Shown here: positions 7,561-17,079 of the stretch, in pieces
How the letters are laid out: each line of letters begins with the position of its first letter
Position numbering within the stretch: position 1 is the first letter of the stretch
Assembly (NCBI GenBank): GCA_964646595.1
Contig: CAZYID010000007.1
Span: 1 to 33,024 of the forward strand
DNA from: an uncultured Spirochaetales bacterium
GTDB lineage: Bacteria > Spirochaetota > GWE2-31-10 > JAFGQB01
DNA: 33,024 nucleotides
Direction: 5' to 3'
Made by a program: the position numbers and the translations under genes
Notes under the pieces: model-generated
What the model saw: the letters and a program-made list of their open reading frames with translations, nothing else
Databases searched by the model: none
Told to the model about the DNA's origin: nothing

Positions 7561-9840
7561 ATGAAAAAATATAAGTTTTTTATTTTATTTATTATAATCT
7601 TATTCAATATTTTTTATATTTATCCCGAACTAAAATTTGATGTAATTGCATTGGATAGAGATAACGATTTTTTATTTAATTCAATTGAAATACTTGGCGG
7701 GAAAGAATATAACAGGACATTATTTTACGGGAATTTAAAAGAAAATATACTTAATTACAAATCAGTTACTTTTTATCCTGAAAATTTATATTATTCAGAA
7801 ACAGATAAACTATTATATATTTATAATAGGCTGGGTTTATATTCATATGATTTGAATAAAAAAGCAGTCACTGTTGTAGAGTCATTTCCAAATTATATTA
7901 ATAATAATGAATATACAATTTACGATTTGCCTAAAATTAATTTTTCATCTAATTTTCAATATTTATTAGGTAAAGTTCAAACATCTAATTCGAAATCAAG
8001 TATTTATCTTTATGATTTAAAAAATAATAAAGCAGAAGAAATAGTAAAAGATGTTGAAGTTAATCCGGGTAAAGATATTGCATTATGGTCGAATGATTCT
8101 AATTTTTTTATATATCAAAAAAATAACAATATTTATTATTTTTCAGTTATTGATTATAAAAGAGGTAAATTACTTGCAGAAGAGTGGAGGAAAATTGGAG
8201 ATGTAAAATTATCAAATGCTAAATGGACTTCTGATAATTTTTTAATTTGGGTTGAAAATAATATAATATATAAAGCGGATCCTAATCAGTTTTTTACCCG
8301 TTCAATTTATAAAAAATATCTTAAACAGGGTGATATTATTAAAAGAATTCCTTTTAAATTTAATCCTGCTTTTGATTCGCTAGAGATCAGTGATGAAGCA
8401 AGAAAAATTATTCTAATAAAAAATAATAACATGGTTTTTTATTTTTCTTTATTAAATGATTTAAATCATAATTTGTATTTGCATTTAAATGAAAATGAAA
8501 GATATGAAAAATGCAGGATATATAATAATGGTGAAGCAATTATAGTTGCTGATAAGCTTGATAAAGGCGAGATTAAAAAAGAAATAATTTTAATTAAAAA
8601 AGAAAATGGTGAATTTATTTTTAAAAGATTTAATGATAATGCTTTTAAAAATTTGAATATAAATAATATATATTTAAATGAAAAAAATTTTGAATTTGTT
8701 ATAAATACATCAAAAGGTTCATATTGTTATGATTTTAAAACCTTAAAACAATTATGGAAATATGAAGAACAAGAAGTAATTCATTCAATAAACACTGACT
8801 CAAATGAATGGATATTGGGCGGAAGATATACTACTGTTTTAGCTTTTCCGAACAAAAAAGTTTTTGATCCAATTTTTGCTAGTTCTTTTGAAAGTGCCGG
8901 TTTTTTTGATAATAATATTGGAGTAATTTGTAATAATAAAAATTTTGTAATTGATCATGATACAATGACTTTATCTAATTTAAAATCAAATGATTTTAAA
9001 TTGTATAATGATTTAAAAATTAATTATTCTAGAATTATAGTTAGAGATATAAATAAAGGTTTTTACAAACATGCTGTATATATAAAAGATCTTTATACAG
9101 GTAAATTATTATTAGTTACAGGGGATCCAAAATTAAAATATAATCTTTATCAGCCGGAAGTAATAATAGGGGCAAAGTATTATAATAATCCGTCTCCGGA
9201 GAAACATGAAATAGCGCTGGTATTTAATTGTGTAAAATCAGCTGAAGGTATATTTCCTATATTAACTAAGTTGAAACAATTTGATATTCCTTCAACATTT
9301 TTTATGAATGGAATGTTCATGGAATTAAATCCAGAAATTACTAAAGAGATTGTAGATTTTAAAATTGAGGTTGGTAATTTATTTCATTATTATATTAAAT
9401 TAACTGATAATAATTTTTTAATTGATAAAAATTTTATAAGACAGGGATTGGGTATAAATGAAGAGAGATTTTACAAAATAACAAGAAAAAATTTTATTCC
9501 GTTCTGGCATTCTCCAATGTATTCTTATAATGATACAATTATTAAATATGGAGAAGAAAGCGGTTATAAATTTGTAAGTTATAATTTAGACAGTTTGGAC
9601 TGGGTAGGTTCAAACAGTAATGATCTTACTTCCAGTTTATATATGTCTAATTCTCAATTGATTGAAAGAATATTAAAAAAAATTAAACCGGGTCAAATAA
9701 TAATATTCAGTACAGGTGTAAATGATTCTACAAGATCTGACTGGCTTTTTGATGATATTGATTTATTAATAAGTGAATTAATAAGAGCAGGCTATTCTTT
9801 TACTTCAGTTTCTGATTTATTGAAAAGATATAGAGAATAA
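7561..9840 (+). CDS. Large secreted protein with a C-terminal polysaccharide deacetylase (NodB-homology)-like domain
   Basis: Signal/anchor MKKYKFFILFIIILFNIF and a long repeat-poor N-terminal region of unknown fold. The C-terminal ~220 aa (IALVFNCVKSAEGIFPILTKLKQFDIPSTFFMNG ... WHSPMYSYN ... LDSLDW) resemble the NodB fold. The catalytic motifs look degenerate. Confidence 0.55.
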   Translation: MKKYKFFILFIIILFNIFYIYPELKFDVIALDRDNDFLFNSIEILGGKEYNRTLFYGNLKENILNYKSVTFYPENLYYSETDKLLYIYNRLGLYSYDLNKKAVTVVESFPNYINNNEYTIYDLPKINFSSNFQYLLGKVQTSNSKSSIYLYDLKNNKAEEIVKDVEVNPGKDIALWSNDSNFFIYQKNNNIYYFSVIDYKRGKLLAEEWRKIGDVKLSNAKWTSDNFLIWVENNIIYKADPNQFFTRSIYKKYLKQGDIIKRIPFKFNPAFDSLEISDEARKIILIKNNNMVFYFSLLNDLNHNLYLHLNENERYEKCRIYNNGEAIIVADKLDKGEIKKEIILIKKENGEFIFKRFNDNAFKNLNINNIYLNEKNFEFVINTSKGSYCYDFKTLKQLWKYEEQEVIHSINTDSNEWILGGRYTTVLAFPNKKVFDPIFASSFESAGFFDNNIGVICNNKNFVIDHDTMTLSNLKSNDFKLYNDLKINYSRIIVRDINKGFYKHAVYIKDLYTGKLLLVTGDPKLKYNLYQPEVIIGAKYYNNPSPEKHEIALVFNCVKSAEGIFPILTKLKQFDIPSTFFMNGMFMELNPEITKEIVDFKIEVGNLFHYYIKLTDNNFLIDKNFIRQGLGINEERFYKITRKNFIPFWHSPMYSYNDTIIKYGEESGYKFVSYNLDSLDWVGSNSNDLTSSLYMSNSQLIERILKKIKPGQIIIFSTGVNDSTRSDWLFDDIDLLISELIRAGYSFTSVSDLLKRYRE

Positions 9841-9860
9841 TAAAATTATTTTAATAATTA

Positions 9861-9987
9861 AAGCTCTGTCCCCCTATTAAAAATAATAATCATATTATAT
9901 TTAAAAAGATTTACAAAATCATATAAAAAGAAATATATATAGATTGCTTTGCTGCGCTCGCAAAGACGAAATAAACCTCTGTCCCCC
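9861..9987 (+). repeat. Intergenic repeat element, copy 1: GC-rich ATTGC...CTCGCAAAGACGAAATAA unit flanked by direct AAGCTCTGTCCCCC / ACCTCTGTCCCCC motifs
   Basis: AAGCTCTGTCCCCC (9861..9874) and ACCTCTGTCCCCC (9975..9987) bracket AGATTGCTTTGCTGCGCTCGCAAAGACGAAATAA (9941..9974). That unit closely matches 30614..30647. An internal 6-bp hairpin is CTTTGC/GCAAAG. Confidence 0.75.
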
Positions 9988-10156
9988 ATTTTTATTAATC
10001 AAAATTAATAAATGGGTAATTTTTACACAATAATTACTGTTATTATTAAAAGTGTATAAAAAATATCCAGTTTATATTTTATTAATTTTATTTATTGTTT
10101 TTATCAAAAACCTGTAATTTATTGATATAAAAGTAATTAGTAGGTTTTTATTTATA

Positions 10157-10172
10157 TGGCATGATTATTGCT
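10157..10172 (+). promoter_or_regulatory. Sigma-54 (-24/-12) promoter upstream of grpE-dnaK-dnaJ
   Basis: TGGCATGATTATTGCT matches TGGCACG-N4-TTGCW at every core position but one, with exact GG-N10-GC spacing. It lies 59 nt upstream of the grpE ATG in an otherwise GC-poor spacer. Confidence 0.55.
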
Positions 10173-10230
10173 AAGAAATTATTAGCTGATATTAAAGAGA
10201 TTTAAAATAAATATTAAAGGGTGTTTTAGA

Positions 10231-10950
10231 ATGGAAGATAAAGAAAAAAATAATATTAATGATCAAGATTTGAGTACAAAAGATATTAATGATAAAGATA
10301 ATAGTAAAATTCATGAAAATAAAGAAAAAATGAATATAAAAGATGACAAAGAAAGTAAAAATAAAGAAAGCAAGAAAGATAAAAAAAATCTTGATGCAGT
10401 GATGGAAAAATTAAAGAAATGTGAAAATGAAGAATTAATTAAGATGTATGTTAAAACAATAAAAGAACTTGAAAAAACAAAGAAAGTTTTAACAGAAAAA
10501 GAAAATGAAGCTAAAGATATGCTTGATAAATATAGACGAACTTTAGCAGAAATGGAAAATGTTAGAAAAAGAATTTTAATAGAAAAACAGGATTCATTAA
10601 AATATGCAAATTTTAATATTATAAGTGACTTGCTTGTACTTTTAGATGATTTTGAAAGAGCAATAAATTCGGCTAAAAATAATAATGAAAGCACAGATTT
10701 AAGTCATTTTGTTGAAGGTATTGATATGATAGAAAAGCAGTTTGCAGATTTATTATTTAAAAAATATGGTGTTGTTAAATATTGTGAAGTTAATGAAGAA
10801 TTTGATCCAAAAGTACATTCAGCAATGACATTGGAAGAAGGTGATTTTAAAGATGAAATTGTATTAGAAATTTATAGAAAGGGCTATATGCTGCATGATA
10901 GAGTTATAAGAGCAGCTGAAGTAAAAGTGGGTAAACCTAAGGAAAATTAA
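10231..10950 (+). CDS. grpE: Nucleotide exchange factor GrpE, with a K/D/E/N-rich N-terminal extension
   Basis: GrpE core motifs YRRTLAEMENVRKR, DLLVLLDDFERA, FDPKVHSAM, YMLHDRVIRAAEVKV. Position is upstream of dnaK. The true start could be an internal Met, because the N-terminus is low complexity. Confidence 0.9.
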   Translation: MEDKEKNNINDQDLSTKDINDKDNSKIHENKEKMNIKDDKESKNKESKKDKKNLDAVMEKLKKCENEELIKMYVKTIKELEKTKKVLTEKENEAKDMLDKYRRTLAEMENVRKRILIEKQDSLKYANFNIISDLLVLLDDFERAINSAKNNNESTDLSHFVEGIDMIEKQFADLLFKKYGVVKYCEVNEEFDPKVHSAMTLEEGDFKDEIVLEIYRKGYMLHDRVIRAAEVKVGKPKEN

Positions 10951-11037
10951 ATTTGTTCTTTTAAATAATAGAAAAAATATTTTTTAAAGAATATTAACTG
11001 TTTGTTTATATTCTTTATATTGAAATTTAACTTATAA

Positions 11038-13005
<1,968 letters not shown>

Positions 13006-13072
13006 TAAAGAAGTTTGTAGAATAATATAGTTTTAAATTATTTTACAGTTTTTTATATGTACATATTTATTT

Positions 13073-13110
13073 AATAAGTGCAGGATCAATAATAAAGTCT
13101 TGCACTTATT
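13073..13110 (+). terminator. Stem-loop between dnaK and dnaJ (possible partial terminator or mRNA-stabilising hairpin)
   Basis: AATAAGTGCAGGA (13073..13085) pairs with TCTTGCACTTATT (13098..13110), 13 bp including one G-U. No strong T-run immediately follows. Confidence 0.4.
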
Positions 13111-13158
13111 ATTGATTAATTGTGTTTTTAAAAGAAAAATTTATGGAGAATAATAAAA

Positions 13159-14334
13159 ATGGCTCGTAAAGATCCTTATGAAATACTTGGAGTTGGTAAA
13201 AGCGCTTCAACTGATGAAATAAAAAAAGCATATCGTAAGCTTGCTATGAAACATCATCCGGATAGAAATCCTGGAGACAAAACAGCGGAAGAAAAATTTA
13301 AAGAGGCAACAGATGCTTATACTATATTAGGAGACGCTGAGAAAAGAAAGAGATTTGATCAATACGGATATGCTGGTGTTGAAGGTATGTTTACCGGAGC
13401 TGGAGGGGGAAATCCATTTAGCGGTGGTTCAGGTATTTTTGATGGATTTGAAGATATATTTGGCGGCTTTGAAGATATATTCAGTTCTTTTTTCGGAGGC
13501 GGATTTAGAAGTTCTTCTGGAAGAAGAGCCGCAAGACGAGGTCATGATTTATTGTACAGTGTAGAAATTTCTTTGGAAGATACTGTTAAAAATAAAAGTA
13601 TTGACATAGCTTATGAAAAACTTGTGACTTGTGATACTTGCCGTGGTTCAGGTTCAAGTTCCGGTACTGGTACCGGTAAAAGAAGCTGTCCTAACTGCGG
13701 AGGAGCCGGACAGGTTAGACATAGTCAGGGTTTCTTTTCTATTGCAACTCCATGCCCTAGATGTAATGGAGCAGGTGAAGTTATTGAAAATCCCTGTAAA
13801 GCATGCAATGGAAAGGGTGTAAATCAAAAAAGAGTATCCAAAAATATTAAAATCCCATTGGGTATAGATAATGGGAAAAAAATTATTTTAAGAGGAGAAG
13901 GAGACGCTGGAGAAAATGGCGCTTCTCCCGGGGATTTACATATAAAGTTTAGTGTAAAACAGCATCCTCATTTTTTAAGGGACGGTAATGATTTAATTGT
14001 AGAAGTTCCAATAAGTTTTACTCAAGCAGTATTAGGTGATGATATTAATATTGATACAATTGATAATAAAACAATAAAACTTAAAGTTCCCTCCGGATGT
14101 GAAAATGGAAAGATTTTAAGGATTAAGGAAGCAGGTATTCCTTTTTTAAATAATCCGGGAAGAAAAGGGGATTTATATATTAAAGTTTATATAGAAGTTC
14201 CAAAATCTTTAAATAGAAATGAAAAAAATTTATTAGAACAGTATAGAAGTTTAAGAGGAGAAAACAAGAAGCCTTCTCCTACAAAAATAAGTAATCGAAG
14301 CAGATTAAATGATTTTTTTGATCATTTTAGATAG
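13159..14334 (+). CDS. dnaJ: Co-chaperone DnaJ (Hsp40, type I)
   Basis: J-domain with HPD ([10 protein letters not shown]), a G/F-rich linker, and four CxxCxGxG zinc-finger repeats ([32 protein letters not shown]). Confidence 0.97.
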   Translation: MARKDPYEILGVGKSASTDEIKKAYRKLAMKHHPDRNPGDKTAEEKFKEATDAYTILGDAEKRKRFDQYGYAGVEGMFTGAGGGNPFSGGSGIFDGFEDIFGGFEDIFSSFFGGGFRSSSGRRAARRGHDLLYSVEISLEDTVKNKSIDIAYEKLVTCDTCRGSGSSSGTGTGKRSCPNCGGAGQVRHSQGFFSIATPCPRCNGAGEVIENPCKACNGKGVNQKRVSKNIKIPLGIDNGKKIILRGEGDAGENGASPGDLHIKFSVKQHPHFLRDGNDLIVEVPISFTQAVLGDDINIDTIDNKTIKLKVPSGCENGKILRIKEAGIPFLNNPGRKGDLYIKVYIEVPKSLNRNEKNLLEQYRSLRGENKKPSPTKISNRSRLNDFFDHFR

Positions 14335-14358
14335 AATGATTATTAAGTAAAAGTTATT

Positions 14359-14387
14359 AACACGGATTTTATGTCTGTGTTTTTTTT
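14359..14387 (+). terminator. Rho-independent terminator after dnaJ
   Basis: AACACGGA / TCTGTGTT form an 8-bp stem (one G-U) with a 7-nt loop, running into a T8 tract (14380..14387). Confidence 0.5.
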
Positions 14388-14425
14388 AAAAAAATATTAC
14401 AAAATAAATATTTCTAAAAAATTTA

Positions 14426-14454
14426 TTGGAAAAATTATAGAATTTTTATAAAAT
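14426..14454 (+). promoter_or_regulatory. Candidate sigma-70 promoter (TTGGAA-17-TAAAAT)
   Basis: -35-like TTGGAA (14426..14431), a 17-nt spacer and -10-like TAAAAT (14449..14454), 34 nt upstream of the GTG start at 14488. Low specificity in AT-rich DNA. Confidence 0.3.
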
Positions 14455-14487
14455 GTATTTATAAATGATATTTTAGGAGGAATATTT

Positions 14488-15120
14488 GTGGCCAAAACAA
14501 AAAGATCGAATTTTTTAATAGATAAACCATTTCAGTTAGGCTTTATTTTTAGATATCTTGTTATAATTATTTTAACAATAATTTTAGTTTTAGCTTTAAT
14601 AGCAGCTTATTATTGGTTTGTATCAAATTATGGTGAATTTAAATTAAATTCATCAATAACATATACAACGCGGGGATATATTAAATCTAAAGGAAAGCAA
14701 GTATATAATTTTGATGCTGAGGAAATTCAAGTTATTGAAGATATGGATGAAAATGGAAATATTATATATAAATGCCATAATTCATTTAAATCAAAAAAAT
14801 ATACAGAAGGAGATATTGTAGAAAATGTATCAAAAAATGACCTTAAGCCTTATATTGGTTCAATTAATAAAACAACAACAAGATTTAAGATAATTTTATT
14901 TCCACTTGTATTAACCGGAGTTATTCTTATACTTATTATTTCAATTTATTCATTATTCTTTTCTCATCGAATGGCTGGGCCAATTTATAGAATGAGAGTT
15001 TCACTTGATAGAATTCTTCAAGGTGATAGTGATTTTAAAATAAAGGTTAGAAAGAGTGATTTTTATGTTAACGTCATTGAAAAACTTGAAAAATTACGAC
15101 AGCAAGTAGCCAGGAAATAA
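14488..15120 (+). CDS. Small two-TM membrane protein with a C-terminal HAMP-like helix region
   Basis: GTG start 7 nt after AGGAGG. Two hydrophobic helices (aa ~20-45 and ~125-150) flank an ~80-aa extracytoplasmic loop. After TM2, MAGPIYRMRVSLDRILQGDSDFKIKV resembles HAMP AS1. Confidence 0.6.
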   Translation: MAKTKRSNFLIDKPFQLGFIFRYLVIIILTIILVLALIAAYYWFVSNYGEFKLNSSITYTTRGYIKSKGKQVYNFDAEEIQVIEDMDENGNIIYKCHNSFKSKKYTEGDIVENVSKNDLKPYIGSINKTTTRFKIILFPLVLTGVILILIISIYSLFFSHRMAGPIYRMRVSLDRILQGDSDFKIKVRKSDFYVNVIEKLEKLRQQVARK

Positions 15121-15134
15121 TTTATATAAATAAT

Positions 15135-15171
15135 AAATACCTTTCAGGTTTTTAAAACCTGAAAGGTATTT
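15135..15171. terminator. Bidirectional intrinsic terminator between convergent genes
   Basis: AAATACCTTTCAGGTTTT and AAAACCTGAAAGGTATTT are perfect 18-nt complements, with T/A runs on both sides. Confidence 0.7.
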
Positions 15172-15183
15172 ATTTAAATAATA

Positions 15184-16248
15184 TTATTCAATATGAATTA
15201 ATTCATAATCAATATCACCAACTCCAATTTTTTTTGCATATTCAAACTGGACATTAGAATTTATCTGTGGATAAACATCAAGAAATGGATCTTTCTTGGC
15301 TTGCTTTATAACAAGGTCAAAACTTGCTTTATCAATAGCTATTGGATCAGTACTTGAAAGAAAACCTATATCCTCTGTAACCGGTTTATCATTACCTCCA
15401 TAACAATCACATGCTGGGCTTATGGAAGTTAAGATATTAATAAATAAAATCTTAGATTTAAATTTTTTAGTTACTGTATTTGCATATTCAATCATTTTTT
15501 TTTGAGTTGTCTCTGAACTTTCATTCCATAATGATTCTATTGCTCCTTCTGGACAAACAGAAATACACCGTGCACAACCTACGCATTTATCTGTAATTAC
15601 TGCTTTTTTTTTGATTATAATAGCTTTTACCTGGCAATTTTTTATACATAATCCACAAGCAGTACATTTACTTTGTTTAACAACAGGTTTATTTTGGGAG
15701 TGCATATCAAGTTTTCCACTTCGACTTGCACATCCCATAGATAGATTCTTAATTGCCCCACCAAATCCAGACACTTCATGCCCTTTAAAATGAGAGATTA
15801 CAATCATTCCATCAGCATTATAAATGTCACTGGCAATTTTTACTTTTTTTAATACTTTAGATTCTATTTTTAACTCTTTTGTATTTTCTCCTCTTAATCC
15901 ATCAGCTATTATTATAGGTATCTGTAGAGTAGAATAATTAAATCCATTTAATGTAGCATTATAAAGGTGATCTACACTATTTGATCTCATCCCTATATAT
16001 AGTGTATTGGTATCTGTTAAAAATGGATTTGTTTTAATTTTTTTTAATACTTCAATTACTGGCCGTAATAAAATCGGCCTAGTAAACGAAGTATTTCCTA
16101 ATTCACCAAAATGTAATTTAATTGCAATAAGTTCTTTTTTATTAAACATTTTTTCAATATTACACTGCTCCATTAAACGTTTTATTTTATTTAATGGAGT
16201 TTTAAATTTTGGATTATCAATAGGTGAAAAATAAACTTTTGCAGACAT
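15184..16248 (-). CDS. DUF362 domain protein with an inserted 2x[4Fe-4S] ferredoxin-type motif
   Basis: The N-terminus (VYFSPI...LIAIKLHFGELGN...RP) is typical of DUF362. Two ferredoxin cluster motifs are present: CTACGLCIKNC and CVGCARCISVCPEGAI. Confidence 0.75.
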   Translation of the reverse strand: MSAKVYFSPIDNPKFKTPLNKIKRLMEQCNIEKMFNKKELIAIKLHFGELGNTSFTRPILLRPVIEVLKKIKTNPFLTDTNTLYIGMRSNSVDHLYNATLNGFNYSTLQIPIIIADGLRGENTKELKIESKVLKKVKIASDIYNADGMIVISHFKGHEVSGFGGAIKNLSMGCASRSGKLDMHSQNKPVVKQSKCTACGLCIKNCQVKAIIIKKKAVITDKCVGCARCISVCPEGAIESLWNESSETTQKKMIEYANTVTKKFKSKILFINILTSISPACDCYGGNDKPVTEDIGFLSSTDPIAIDKASFDLVIKQAKKDPFLDVYPQINSNVQFEYAKKIGVGDIDYELIHIE

Positions 16249-16268
16249 GTTTTTAACTCCTATTTTAA

Positions 16269-16685
16269 TTATTCGCCAATGATTTTAACAAGTACTCTTT
16301 TTTTTCTCTTACCATCAAATTCACCATAGAATATCTGTTCCCATGGACCAAAATCAAGTTTACCATTTGATACTGCAACTACAACTTCACGGCCCATTAT
16401 TGTTCTTTTTAAATGAGCATCAGCATTGTCTTCAAAACCATTGTGCTTATATCGTGAATAAGGTTTTTCAGGAGCAAGCCCTTCAAGCCAAACTTCAAAG
16501 TCCTGATGCAAACCTGATTCATCATCATTTATAAAAACACTTGCAGTTATATGCATTGCATTGCATAAAAGTAATCCTTCTTTAATCCCGCTTTCATCAA
16601 CACATTGCTGAACATGATGAGTAATGTTAATTAATTCACGCCTTTTTTTTATATCAAACCAGAGTTCTTTTCTAAAATGCTTCAT
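16269..16685 (-). CDS. YjbQ/UPF0047 family protein (secondary thiamine-phosphate synthase-like)
   Basis: [77 protein letters not shown]. The longest ORF extends to 16748. The Met at 16685 ([10 protein letters not shown]) has a GGAG SD 8-9 nt upstream and gives the family-typical ~139 aa. Confidence 0.8.
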   Translation of the reverse strand: MKHFRKELWFDIKKRRELINITHHVQQCVDESGIKEGLLLCNAMHITASVFINDDESGLHQDFEVWLEGLAPEKPYSRYKHNGFEDNADAHLKRTIMGREVVVAVSNGKLDFGPWEQIFYGEFDGKRKKRVLVKIIGE

Positions 16686-16836
16686 TTTTTTGCTCCAATT
16701 ATAATTATAAATAATATTTTTTTTATCTATGATAGATGGATGAGACATTCGTCTCTTTTGTAATTATTTATGTTTATAAAATAAATAAAAATTTATATTT
16801 ATGCAAGATAAGTATTAAAAAAAGTAAGAAATATTT

Positions 16837-16847
16837 AGCTCTGTCCC
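16837..16847 (+). repeat. Solo copy of the dispersed intergenic motif AGCTCTGTCCC
   Basis: Exact AGCTCTGTCCC in the divergent spacer between the yjbQ-like gene and the Cys-rich ORF. The same 11-mer occurs at 9862..9872 and, reverse-complemented, at 20339..20349. Confidence 0.7.
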
Positions 16848-16933
16848 TCAAAGAAATCATAATTAGTATATTTGAAATATTTTAAAAAATATGTTAAAAA
16901 TAATGTAAAATAATTATTATTAAGGAAACTGTT

Positions 16934-17050
16934 ATGGCAAAAAAAAACAACTGCCCTTGCAGTTCAACATATTGTTCCAGACATGGAAATTGTGACACCT
17001 GTCAAGAATATCATCATTCCTATGGTCAAAGAACAAGCTGTGGTAAATAA
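16934..17050 (+). CDS. Small (38 aa) Cys/His-rich protein, probable metal-binding mini-protein; absent from the supplied ORF track
   Basis: ATG at 16934 lies 6-7 nt after AAGGAA. Translation: MAKKNNCPCSSTYCSRHGNCDTCQEYHHSYGQRTSCGK, stop at 17048..17050. It has 6 Cys and 3 His in 38 aa and ends 29 nt before pdxB on the same strand. Confidence 0.55.
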   Translation: MAKKNNCPCSSTYCSRHGNCDTCQEYHHSYGQRTSCGK

Positions 17051-17079
17051 AATTTATTTAATATTATAGGCATTTATTC

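Noticed and set aside
9861-9987. Direct repeats with an intervening spacer as a mini-CRISPR array.
   Set aside because: There are only two repeats of 13 nt (far shorter than CRISPR repeats), no cas genes, and the same arrangement recurs with a homologous rather than unique interior at 30532..30662.
10170-10186. Possible CIRCE/HrcA operator upstream of grpE (GCTAA-N7-TTAGC).
   Set aside because: CIRCE is TTAGCACTC-N9-GAGTGCTAA. Here the half-sites are only 5 nt long, in the opposite arrangement and with the wrong spacing. The sequence overlaps the -12 region of the sigma-54 promoter instead.
10231-10420. Lys/Asp/Glu/Asn-rich low-complexity 5' region of grpE as a separate feature or repeat.
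   Set aside because: It is in frame with the GrpE core, and its compositional bias is consistent with the AT-rich genome. At most it raises uncertainty about which Met is the true start.
13355-13822. Same-strand ORFs 13355..13564 and 13631..13822 inside dnaJ.
   Set aside because: They are alternative frames of the G/F-rich and Cys-repeat regions of dnaJ. The dnaJ frame carries the HPD and four CxxCxGxG motifs, so these are frame artefacts.
16686-16748. N-terminal 21-aa extension of the YjbQ-like ORF.
   Set aside because: The extension ([21 protein letters not shown]) has no SD and exceeds the family-typical length. The internal Met at 16685 has a GGAG SD.
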